A stretch of 64,000 bases of DNA from Klebsormidium nitens (Eukaryota; Plantae; Klebsormidiophyceae): NCBI GenBank assembly GCA_000708835.1, contig DF236972.1:186001-250000 (forward strand), read 5' to 3'. Below, one piece after another: positions 1 to 11,258 of this stretch (within the stretch, counting starts at the first letter, position 1; every line of letters begins with the position of its first letter). Both the position numbers and the translations under genes were made by a program. Below the pieces are notes generated by a model. That model did not search any database and was not told where the DNA came from. It saw only the letters and a list, made by a program, of their open reading frames with translations.

Positions 1-3000
1 GGGCAGCGTCCGGCAAACTGGCCGGACGGTCGCCGGAGCGTCCGAACCCAAGCGCCGGTCCCAGCACATCCGGAAGTGTCCGAAGAAGGGCCGTTCAGCG
101 ACGGGAACCGGGGCGGGACGCGCCACGTCATCACCGAAGGGATCCCAGTCCACGCTGACGTCAGCGAAGCCAATCCGGCGGCGCCACAGGGCCGGCCGGG
201 GACGGCGCCGAGCCGGATTGCGGGCACGTTCGTTCGGACGCTTGGGGCCGTCCGGACGGAGCGGTCCGAACGGCAGGGAGAGTTGCTGAGCCCATGGAGC
301 GTGCCGAGCATCGAGGAGAGCCTGCTGTTCGATGGGACCTATGAGGAGGTGCCACGTGGCAGGAGCGGGAGGGCGCTCAGCGCTACCAAGATGCTGCAGT
401 CGGACGGGCCCGTGGTGATGACGTGGCAGCGTCCGGAGCCGCGGCAGGGCGGATGGGTCGGGGGGTCGGAGTCCGAGATTGCAGAATCGGACGTCCGAAC
501 GGGGGTGGAAAAGTTTCTGGCGGCGAAGCCACGGGTCAAGCGAAACGGAAAGCCGGTTAGGGGCCTGGTTAAGAAGGTTAGCGTGCCAAAAGAGGCGAGC
601 TTTGCGTCCGACTTCGATGCGGACACGGAGAGCCTGACCCCGGACTCGGTCGTTGATGCTGCGTCCGAACCGGACCGGTTAAGGCGGCGGTTAGCGCGCA
701 AACGGCGGGGCGCAAAATGGCCCCACGGGGAGGGTTGGGAGCGCGAGGTTTTGGCAAAGGCAGAAACTGACCGGCGGTTGGATGTGCTGAAGGAAATGGC
801 GGCTCGGATCGCGAAGCGGCTGGAGGCGCTCGCGTTTTCCGGGGGGGAGGGTTCGCGGGCGGAACTAGCCCCCGAGATCGAGGCGATTGTTGGCCAGGCG
901 GAGAAGCTGCTGAGGGGGGTCGATTCTAGGGGGAGGAATGGGGATGACGACCCCCCCGGCAAGGCGAAGAGGCCAAAGAAGAAGCGGAAGGGGCACAAGC
1001 GGGGGGTTTCGGAGTCGAGAGCTTTGGGAGGTCTAGGCAGCCCGCTTGCAAGCAAGCGGCTGAGTGCGAGTCCGGAAAAGACGGGTGCTCGTTCCAGGCG
1101 GAAATCAATTGAGGCAGCCGCCGAGAAGGGGCCGCGAACGGGTGCCAGATCCAGAGACGCGGCGCCAGCAGTTGCTGACGTCACGGTGACGTCACTGGCG
1201 GCGGCTTCGGAGCGGGCGTTCTCCGACGACGCCTCCCTCTTCAGTCCGGTGGGCGGGTCAGAGAATGCGCTCTCGGTGGGTGTGAACAGCGACAGGGCAC
1301 TCAGGCATAGCCCCAACGTGCAGACTGCCAGAGGCTTTTCACACCCGTTCCCTGAAATTGCTCGAACTCAAGAGGCAATGGTCACCGAGCAAGCTTCGGA
1401 GCAGGAGGGGTCAGAGAGCTCCGCTGCTGACGACTACGTGACGTCAGACGGTGATGAGGGTGATGACGTCATCGCGGACCTCGACGCCGAAATCCAACAA
1501 CTGCTCCAGCAGCGGAGGCTGGCTCCAGCGGCGCGCGTTGGTACTGATTCTGAATCGCCGACTGGGGCGGCCGAGCCTGCGGTGTTTAGAAACGGTGCCG
1601 GTAAGCCGTCAGCAGAGCAACGGTGGGCTTCGCTGGTTGGGACCGGAGAAAGAAGCGCGTCGGAAGGCTCGGAAGAGGAAATGGAAGAGGAGAGCTCGGA
1701 AGGGGAAGAGGGCGGCAGAGTGGCGCCGCTCGCTGATGTCAGCAAAGGCCCACGTGGGCTCGTACAGCCGACTGACGTCAGCAGGGGCGCCCAGGGGCTC
1801 CTTTCGGACCTGTACTCGGACTCTGAGGAAGATGATAAGTCGGATACAGGGCCGTCAAAATCGGCTGACGGGCTGACGTCACACACTCGCGGCGCTAGCG
1901 TCGGACAGATTCGTGTGTCGAAGAAGCCCGCTGGACAGGTGCCGGACGCTGACGTCTCTCGAGGGTCCGCTGACGTGAGCACGGAGCAGAAAAAGGTTAC
2001 GGTGAAGCAGCTGCTCGAGGCGTCCGGGGACGCATTGCTGGAGGAGGCCGTTCCGGTTAAGATTCCGCCCCTCACTGAGCGGATTCCGGCGGAAACAAAG
2101 GGGGACCGGCTGAGCATTGTGCATCTATACGAGAAGCAGCTGAGGGAGCGGATGGAGAGGCAGCAGCGGCAGTTGGCGGAACTGGAACGGAAACGGAAGG
2201 AAGATGAGCGGAAGCGGAAGGAAGATGAGCGGAAGGAGAGGGAGGACGCAGAACGGAATGAGAGAGCGGAACGGGAGGAGAGGGCGGAACGAGACGAGAA
2301 AGCGAAAGTTGCAGAGGATGAGTGGGAAATGCCAGAGAGAGAGAAGGAGAGCATCGAGGCAGCAACAGAGCGGAAGGAGGAAACACGAAGGGAAGAGGAG
2401 CGGAAACAGAGTGAACAGGAACGAAACGAGAAAATGCGGAAGAAGGACCAAGAACGGAGACTTGAGGAGGCGCAAAAGATCGAGGAGGAGGAACGGAATG
2501 AGGTAGAGCGGAGGCGGAAGTCGGCGGAAGAACTCAGGGAGTCAGTCAGGCAGCCGGCCGTTGAAGCTCCTACGGACGAAGTCGCCAGCAAGGCGCTTCA
2601 ACACTTGGTTTCGTCAACGGGGGTTTCGAACGCCGTTGCGGACGCCCCCCCGAAAAGTGTCCCGCCGTCCGAGAGCCGTCCGGAAGGAATCAGCGCCAAG
2701 TTGGTCGAACCTACTGCAAAAACGGTCAAGGCAAGCTCCCAAGGGCCAGGAAGAGGGTTACCGGTGCCGATTAAAGTCACCCGGACGGCTTCACCAATCC
2801 AAGCGCGTGGTGAGAAGAAGACTATGCGGCAGAAAGAGACAGCCGTTGCTTCTGCTGACGAGGGACACGTGGCGAAACTGGATTTGCCAGAGTTTTTCCC
2901 GGGCGCGAAAGGAGTTCTTGACACCGGGCGAAAGGAGCTGCTGCCGAGGGCGACCCACGTGGTGGCGGCTGAGAGACGGATGTCGCCTGAGATGCTCGAG

Positions 3001-6000
3001 CAGATGTAAGTGGTGCTATTAGCTGTTTTTGTACCAGGGGTTCTTCTAATCTGAAAGTGTTCTTATGGGATGCTTTTCAAGAAAACACATGCTGATACGA
3101 CAGAGGGAATATGATCTGGTATAAGGTAAGAGCAAGGCGCTCGCAAGAGGTTTATTGGGTTGATTTCCCTACGAGGAAGTTCTGTAGTTCTGTTAGAGGG
3201 GAGTTCAAAAACGCAAAGGTACACCGCAGCGCACCAACATCAGGGGCCAATGCTGCTGTTCGTCGAAAAGGAAAGCAAGAGGTGGATTTGTATCTCAAGT
3301 ATCAAGACATTTTAGTACCTTTTCGGGGTCGATTGCCCATCAGTATTGAATCAATGTTCGGTGCTCAGAAACTGCTGACTTGTTTTCGGATTTCAGTCTG
3401 CAGTGGAGCGTAAGCTTTCCTTTGTGGCCTGCGGAACAGGAAACAGTTTGATCCCTTGGATGGTTTTCCCAATCGGTAATATCTGCGTTCCAAAAGGACC
3501 CAATAACGCCAAAGCAACATTTCCTCGTTCAGTTGCTTACATCCCCCCTCCTACTTCCAGGCTGCAAACTGACTTTGCCCGGTTGGAAGAAACCGGAGCA
3601 ATCCAGCACAAAATTGATCCCTACTCTCGCAATGCTAAAACCGACTCGTTAAGGAGATTGTTTGGTTCCTTTCTCAGACCTCAACCCTCTCCCCTCCTTC
3701 CAGTTGGAAGGCGAGGTTGCCCGGTTGGAAGAAACCGGGGCGATCGAGCACAAGGTTGCCAGCCTTTATGAATTTTGGATCAAAAGATCGACGCGTCAAC
3801 GCCAAGTTGTTTCTTTCCTCTCTCAGATTCAACCCTCTCCCCTCCTTTCCAGGCTGCAAACTGAGGTCGCCCGGGTGGAAGAACCGGAGCGATCAAGCAC
3901 GAAACTACAGAATTTTGCATTTTGAAAGGTGACGCGTCAACGTCACCCACTTGTTTCTTCCTTCTTTCATTTCTAACCCGCTCTCCTCGTTTCCAGGCTG
4001 CGAACCGAGGTCGCGCGGTTGGAAGAAACCGGAGCGATCGAACACGAGACTGCCCCCTACTGACTCTTGCATTTTAAGGACCGACGCATGAACGACCTGT
4101 TGTTCTTTCCTTCCTACATTTCTAATCTTCTTTCTTCTTTCCAGGCTGCAAACCGAGGTTGCCCGGTTGGAAGAAACCGGGGCCATCGAGCACGAGATCG
4201 CCAGCCTGGAGCACGCCCGGGGGATTGCGCTCGCGCACCAGGAGACCGTTTCCGTTGCGCGCCTCCTCGAGGAGGAGCGGAACGCCCAGGAGCGGAACGA
4301 GAGAGCGGATCGGATGTACCGCGAACAGCAGGAGAAGCTGAAGGAAACGGTGGAACGGCTGACGAGGGAGGTGGCTGCGGACGTCCGGAAGGAGAGCCTG
4401 GAGCAGATTCGGACGGTGGCGGACGTGTTTGCGCGGGAGGTGCGGAAGGGGGCCGCGCAACAGGTAGGGGCTTTCGGCCGATTCGCCGCAGAAAAGTTGG
4501 TGTTGCTTCTGTAGAACGAATGTGAACCGGAAATAACATGAGCTGCAGCTTTTGGAAAGGGCCGAAACGGGTGGTTCCTCACAAGGAATCAAATATTCAT
4601 TGCGTTTGTGCTTTCACTTTGGGTGGGCTTTAAGGGGCCGTGCCTTCCAGACCCTAAGCTCAGAAGGACATCATTTGGAAAACGCACAAATACAGGGAGG
4701 GACCTTTTAGGTTGATTGGAATCATTGCCAAGGTCTACCGAAAGACTCTTACAAGTCTTCTTGTTCCTGTTAACTGTGTGGCTAACAACATCGGCTTGAT
4801 TTTATAGCACCCCGCCGTAATCAACCAGTCGGGACAGCCCTTCCGGTCGGAAAGTAGACTGGCGGATACCGAAGGGGGCGCCCGGTTAGCGCCAACCGAC
4901 CACTCGCCCGAGGACGACGCCCTGCACCAGCTACGGTTCTACTCGAGCGACGAGAGCGAGTCCGAGAGCGAAGAAAGCACCCGGGGAAAGGATGGCGTCA
5001 CGAGTGACATGGGAGGGGCGGTTCCGGAGGAGACTGGGTCTATCGTGCAGTCTCAGAGCTACTCGAGAGCGTTTGAGCAGATTGAGTCGGATATCGGCGT
5101 TAGCGAGAGGGTTAGCGAGCCGGCTAGCGGGGGCGTCGATGCGACGATCGGTGAGAGGATCGTCGAGGGGTTCAGCGAAAACATGAGCGAGAGTGTAAGG
5201 GGAAGCGCTGGCCAGGGGGTCAGCCAGAAGATAAGTGAGAGGGTTAGTGAGAGGGTCAGCGAGGCGGTTGGCAAAGCGGAGGACGACATCAGCGAGCGCA
5301 TCGGAAGCCGGGTTAGCGAGAGGGTTAGCGGAGGGGTCGAGGAGGAAGCGGAAAGCAGGTTGCGAAACGAGGAGTCAACGTTGGCTGAGCTGGTTGAAGA
5401 GAAAGGCCTTGTAGAGACGGAGGTTGACTTGCAGTGGAAGGATCTGAAGGTTGTGGACGACAACGCTCTTGCGGACGGGGCATTTGTCGAAGAAGAGGTT
5501 TTGGACGAACTCGAGGTGGCAGAAGAAGGCCCTGTAGAAGAAGACGTTGGTTGGGGCCAGGCTGGCGAACAGGAGGTCGGGAGTCAAGACGGCGAGGAAC
5601 GAGGCCTCGAAAATGTTGGCATGGTCGAAACAGAGGAAACTATAAAGGAGGAGCGCCAGCACTATTCGGACAGTTTCGGAGAAAGTGTGGGCGCCCAGAT
5701 GCCGTCCTCGGGGGGATCCCCCGAGGATCTCACGCGCGAGCAGATTGCACCCGGAGAAAGCGAGTCCAGAGGAACCGACGAACGCGAAACCGCCGCCCAA
5801 ATGCTCAGAGACGCCGCCGAAAAGCTGCGGACAGCGGAAGAGGCCTTGTTCGAGAAGAAGAGGACGCTCGAGGAGCGGACACGTGGCGAGATCGCGGCGC
5901 TCGGACGGTCCGCGGACCGGAAGGCGGCCGTCCGGCAGCAGAAGCTGATGCGGCTGCGGCTGGACGCGGACCTTGCTGACGTGGACAGGGCGCTCGCGAG

Positions 6001-9000
6001 CATGCGTGCGGAGTTCGTCCGGCAGCGGCTCGCGTGGGAGCAGGGGTCGGACGCTTCGGCCGTCCGAAGGTTTGGGGAATCCAACGATCCGGACGGCGTC
6101 ACTTCGCGGGCGGTGGAAGAAGAGGGTGCGGCGGCCGGCGCTGACGTCAGTGCTGTCGTCAGCAGTGCAATTCCTGAAAGTGAGACCAGAAACACAGCTG
6201 GGGAGAGCGTTGGCGAGGAGGTTGACACCGAGGTAGGGAGCCAGTCTGCGGCGCAGTGTGGGAGCGGTTCCGGTGTGAGCGAAGAGATCGAGAGCGGACC
6301 GGCGGAAGAAAACGGGTTGGATCTGAGGGAGGCGGTGGAGATTAGCGCGACAGCTTTCAGTTCGATCGCGGTCCGGCGGATCGAGATCGAACTAGAGCGG
6401 GCGAGGGCGGAGGCGGCGGCGCTGCAGAAAGAGAAACGGGAGAGGGAGATCCAGGACGAGATTCAGGTAGGCGGCAACCACCTTGTGGCTGTGCTTTCTT
6501 GTGATCTGTAAAAGGGGTCTTTGGTGGCGCGAGGCCGACTTGGAAACGAAGTCCAGGCTTTCTTTGATGGCTTCATTGTAGCAGGACTCCGCCATTGGAA
6601 GACTGTTCCTTGATGTGTTTTTAGAATGTCGATCAGCAACTCGCCTGCAACAATATAAGTTGGAGTATTGCCTTCTTGCTGCCAAAGCCGAAAAGTGCGT
6701 CGGTCGGTTTGACGTATCAAACGCCAGCGCTGCTCACTACCTTCACCGTTGTGAGAAGACGGCGGGAAACTCTGCGTTCGCCTGAGTATCTCCTTTTATA
6801 CCACTAGTATCTCCTTTTATACCCAAAGACTGTTTTTCTATATCGAAGATCAAGCTTTTCTGATGTTTGTTTTGCGCTTTCAGTGAGAACTACAACTCTA
6901 TATCGGCCGGTTTGGGGTAAAAAGAAAAAAGACCTGCTCAGGTCCCAGTTTGATCAATTCTATTCTTTCTCGTTCCATCGCAGTGGTTGAACGACGCGGT
7001 CACCAAGAAGCGCGCCGCCATCATGGCCGCGTCAGCTCCGCCCACGCCCGCCGCCCAAATCCCCAAACCCTGGGCTCCCCTAGCCGAGGCGCGGCCGCTA
7101 CCGCCCTTGGAACCCCTGCACGTGTCGGGCAAACCCTTAGAGCCCAGCCAATCCGCTTCCGCGGCGCACTCTGAACCGACTTCTGTCGCGTACTCCGACT
7201 CTTTTCTTGGAGCAGAATCCGCCGGAATTGGCAGCAGCCGACGGGAAAGTGACGTACCCAGCGAAGCCCTGTCGGTGGGCGACCAGGACAGGCAGCAGCT
7301 CAGCAGCGGGGTCGCCGAAAAAGACGATTCCGTACGGTATTCGGACACTTTCGACCAGGCGGGGGAAAGCGAACCGGTCGCTTCCGTGGCGACGGAAAGC
7401 GGGGACGGTACAAACGCCCGGTGGGACGAGGAGGTGACTTCAGCGATGCAGAGGTCTGTGACGTCAGCAAACCGGCACGCGACTGTTGGGAAGGATTTGA
7501 CGGACGGCAGGAACGCAGTGCCGGAAGACGACGTCAGAGGGGCGGGTCGTGACGTCACGGGGCGTGTCCTCGACTCGACGGGACTCAGGCAAGAGGCCAG
7601 CTGGGGGCAGGTAATCGATATGCACGGGACTGAGGTGCTCGGAAAGGAAGTAATCAGGGAGATAACCGGGGAAGTATCCAAAAACTTAACCGGGGAAGTA
7701 ACCGGGGAGGAGGAGCTACTGGAAGAGCTGCCGGAGGAGTGGTCGGGGGAGAGCACCGGGGTCGCTCGGGGGGAAGCCGAAAGGGACCAGGCCGTCGAAT
7801 CGGCTTCCCTCGAAGTACTCAATCGGGCATTCGACGCGTCTCAGATCTCCGCTGGAGAGCAGTTCCAGGGAGCTGGTTTTGGGGCAGAGGCAGGCCCGGA
7901 GAATCCGGAAAGGGTGCAGGCCGGTGTTGCGAGGCCCGCGGAAAGTCGAGAGGTCCGGCGGTTGAGCGAAGCCGTGGGCAGCGAGCCGGACGAGTACTCG
8001 GACAGCTTCGCAAGCGAGGCTGACGCGGAGGACGACGTCAGCAGCGCTCCGATGCACGACACGTGGCCCGATGACTTCGCTCGGGAAGGCGGGGAGGAGG
8101 CCGACGGAAGCGGCCGGGCATTAGCGGGGTTGGAAGATGCGAAAGGTTTGGAGGGGTTAACAAAAGGGTTAGGAAGGTTTGCGGAGGGTTTGGGTGACGA
8201 AGTGGGGGCTTGGGAGACGGAAGAGAGTCCGGGGCCAACGGCCAGTGCGTCGATGTTTGCGACTCTGAAAAGGACTCGGGGGAACGTACTGGGGACGGCC
8301 GGGAAAGACGACTTTGCAGAAGTTGAGACCGAAATTACGGGCGTCGAAGGCTTGGAAGAGGTGGACGAGGAGCTGGAATTCGACGAGGACGGGTTCGTAA
8401 GTGGTAGGGAGGGAGAAGACGGGGCAGAAAAAGGCAGTGCTGCTGTTGGAGGGACGGACAGAACTTCGATGCGGAAAGGAGAAGAAAGTGCATCGGCTGA
8501 GACTGGAGATGACATGGGCAGACTGAGGGGTGTGGGAAAAGAGCGCCTTGTGAAGGCGGCGGACGCCGTTCTAAAGGATTTGGTCGCGGCCGAGGTCGAA
8601 GGTGAGAGCGCAACAACCGCTTGGTTTCCTTGGTGAACTTGCCGTTCGTTGATTCTGGAGAAACCGCGTTTCTGTCGAGAGTACCAGAGAGCAGTCTTTG
8701 CGGAGGTCAAGGAAGCTGCGGCCCTTTTTGCAGTTTGAGAAGGGTCGGACGTTGCTGCATGCGACGTTAAAAAGTTCTGCGTTACTTTGTAATTCTCACC
8801 AGAAAGGACGAGTCAAACCCGTAGCTTGCTGTAGAACATCCTCGGACATTTCTGCAGGGGTCTTCATGACGAAGGAACCGCTGGAAATGTCTATTATAAG
8901 TAATGCTTATGACGTGTTCATCGAAATTTGATAAACTTTGCTGACTTGGTTTGCGTACCTCGAGTTGTAATCTGAAGACGCCGATTTGAAGCAAAGTGGG

Positions 9001-10191
9001 GATTCAACCTTTTTGCCGTGCTCTCACACCCTGCAAATATGTGTCACTTCGTCCTCGCTGCAGTCCCCTCGCAATGCAGATCCACACCAGACCTCACTTT
9101 GTATCCTTTCCTCATTCCGTTTTCCGTTCTCTTCCGCCGCAGACGCCACTGCCTCCCCGCCCGTCTCCCCCACACGCCGCATCCGCACGCGCCTCCTAAA
9201 CCCCCAAACCTTGCGCGACGGCGAGGGCGCGGGCACGTCGCCGCCCAGCCCGCGCTCCCCCGGGTCGCCCTCCCGCCCCGTTTTCGACAGCGAGGCGCGC
9301 TGGATAAACCCCCAAAACCTCTCGCCGCGAAACTCGCCGCGTTCGTCGCCGCCGCTGCACGTGCCGCTCGGGATCGGCCCGCTGGGGCCGTTCGAGCAGG
9401 ACGCGAGCGCGGCCGCGGCGTCGCACTCGCCTCACTCCCCCGACTCGCCCACCCGCCAGAGCCTGCGCGCGTCCTTCGAGGCCGCGCAAAACCCCGAAAC
9501 CCTGGTCGGCATGTCGCGGCTGTCGGCGAAAGACTTTGCGGAGCTGAGCCGCGAGTCGCCCCTCCCGGAGGAGCTCGAGGAAGGTTTTGAGGATTTGGAG
9601 CCGAACCCGCTCGCGGTCGAGGGCGACGCGGCCTACGTCGAGGATTACGTCAGCGAGGTGCTGCGGGTTTCCGGGTTCCTGGAGCCCGGCGCGGCCGCGT
9701 GGTACCGCCCGAACCAGCCGCTCGGGTTGGACGTGTTCGTACGCCTGGAGAAGATGCGTCCGGACGTCCACGACTTCCAGCACATCTTCAACAAGCTCAT
9801 TTTCGACGCCGTGGGCGAGGCGCTGCTGAAGGAGCTGACCCCGTACAAGCCGCGCGAGCCGTTGGAGCGCGCGCCCAAACCCCTTAAACCCCCGCCGGAC
9901 GCGGCCGCGCTCCTGGCCGCCGTCCGGACCCGGACACTCGCGATCTTCAAGCGGCGGGCGCCCGTGGGGCCGCTGAAAGAGGAGGCGCTGAGGTTGATGA
10001 TGAAAGAGCAGCCTTGGGTCGGGTTCCCAGAGGAAGAACTAGAGGTGGGCTGCGAAGTTGCGGATCTGATGGTGAATGATATGGTCGACGAGGTGGTAGA
10101 GCTTCTGCTGCGCGCCCAGCGGGGCAGGCAGTCGAAACGGCAGGCGCTTATGAAAGCGGGTGGCCGCAGTAGCTTGGGCATTACCCTTTAG
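1..10191 (+). CDS. CEP350: CEP350/CAP350-like centrosomal coiled-coil protein with C-terminal TRM/DUF4378-type domain; 5' partial. Exons <1-3005, 4145-4463, 4808-6466, 6984-8601, 9143-10191
   Basis: Frame is open from base 1 and all four GT-AG junctions keep phase. The spliced segment RMSPEMLEQMLQTEVARLEETGAIEHEIASLEHARGIALAHQETVSVARLL resembles, from recall, the conserved CEP350 mid-region (..ERVRGISLAQQESVSLAQ..). The last exon has YVSEVLRVSGFL..NKLIFDAVGEAL and W..FPEEELEVGCEVADLMVNDMVDEVV, typical of the TRM/CAP350 C-terminus. Orthology is not verified by search. Confidence 0.75.
2185..2240 (+). repeat. Coding 21-nt tandem repeat (ERKRKED) within a K/E/R-rich coiled coil
   Basis: gaacggaaacggaaggaagat gagcggaagcggaaggaagat gagcggaag. 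Confidence 0.8.
3540..4205 (+). repeat. Five tandem ~146-bp units, each made of an intron 3' end, AG and the first ~60 nt of exon; only the last is the in-frame exon start
   Basis: Exon-like starts after ttccAG at 3561, 3704, 3853, 3997 and 4145 (spacing 143, 149, 144, 148). All share a gcccggttggaagaaaccgg-like core. Confidence 0.95.
5100..5335 (+). repeat. Degenerate 12-nt coding repeats (VSER/SERV)
   Basis: Recurrent gttagcgagagg-like units in exon 3 of the CEP350-like gene. Confidence 0.7.
6785..6822. repeat. Short intronic direct repeat agtatctccttttatacc x2
   Basis: Read directly from the sequence. Confidence 0.8.
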
Positions 10192-11258
10192 TTTAGGTGC
10201 GGAGCCCAACCCAGTGGTGAAAAGTGACGCTCGCTTGCATGCAGTAACAAAGGATATATGTGCGCATATTTCGGACGGTTTGGATGGCAATCTGTTGCAC
10301 CCTGAAACCTTTCTAACTAGATCGAAATGCATACTGATCTATCTCGAACTAAGATCGAAAGACGAAGAGCAATAAGCAAGCTGCCATGTGCATGCTTAGT
10401 GATGAATGAACAACTTTCGGGCGCGGCCGTGCGCGCCCGGCGCCGACCATGGGAGCTGTTTTCATAGCTAGCTTTACTTTGCAGACGGTCCGATTTACGC
10501 ATGCTAACGTACGCCGGCAGTGCCGGGTGCAGCAATTGCATGCATGGCAGTGGCCGTCCATGCTAGCTAGCACTGCATGCAACGGTAGACGGTGGACGTC
10601 AATTGACTCATGTAAAAAATATTGCGCGTTAAGTACAATTACCGCGCCAACACCAGCCTTGTCCTCGAGATCGTAATAGCTGGGCGCCTCAATAAAGCGA
10701 TTTTGTGCCTTTCCAAGTTATGCATGCCGTTCAGAACGGCCTTCGGCTGCTGAGGGGGTAGTGACAGCTTCATTACATCCACGTCTCCGCAGCCCTGGTT
10801 AATCTTGCCCAAGAGAGCCAGACGGTGACTCGAGCAACTAGCTTTCAAATTACATGTTCGTTAATCCATACACATAGTACATACTAAAGGTGTTTTTTTG
10901 AAAGGTGTTGCTACTTCGACGCAATCCGTCATCAAACAACATTCCTTCGTCACTGCTGGCACCCTCTTCATCCTGGACACACGAAACCATCGCTATGATT
11001 GTTTCTACTGAGAACCGATTGTCATCGAGCACGCAACCTTGTGCACCTTTATAACGCAACGCACACAACACCACAATCCAGCTACTCTCTGAATCTGAAT
11101 CTATGTTTGGAGCAATTAGCCCTCAATATCCTGTCGACACCAAGGTCATCATTTTCGTGGAAGAAGCCTCACGAGCTGACCACATGCCCTTCAAGATCTT
11201 TCTGTACAGTTTTATCAACACAAACGCTTTACGACCTGATTTTATCGGACTTTGAAAG

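Noticed and set aside
339-2924. Long antisense and alternative-frame ORFs over the CEP350-like exons (also 5059-6228, 6938-8710, 9196-10181)
   Set aside because: Shadow ORFs of GC-rich low-complexity coding sequence, with no independent motifs
3540-4205. CRISPR-like interpretation of the regularly spaced repeats
   Set aside because: Eukaryotic intron; whole units are homologous with no unique spacers, and they copy the adjacent exon
9103-9111. gtatccttt, resembling a U12-type 5' splice site
   Set aside because: It lies inside the 8602-9142 intron and does not border an in-frame exon
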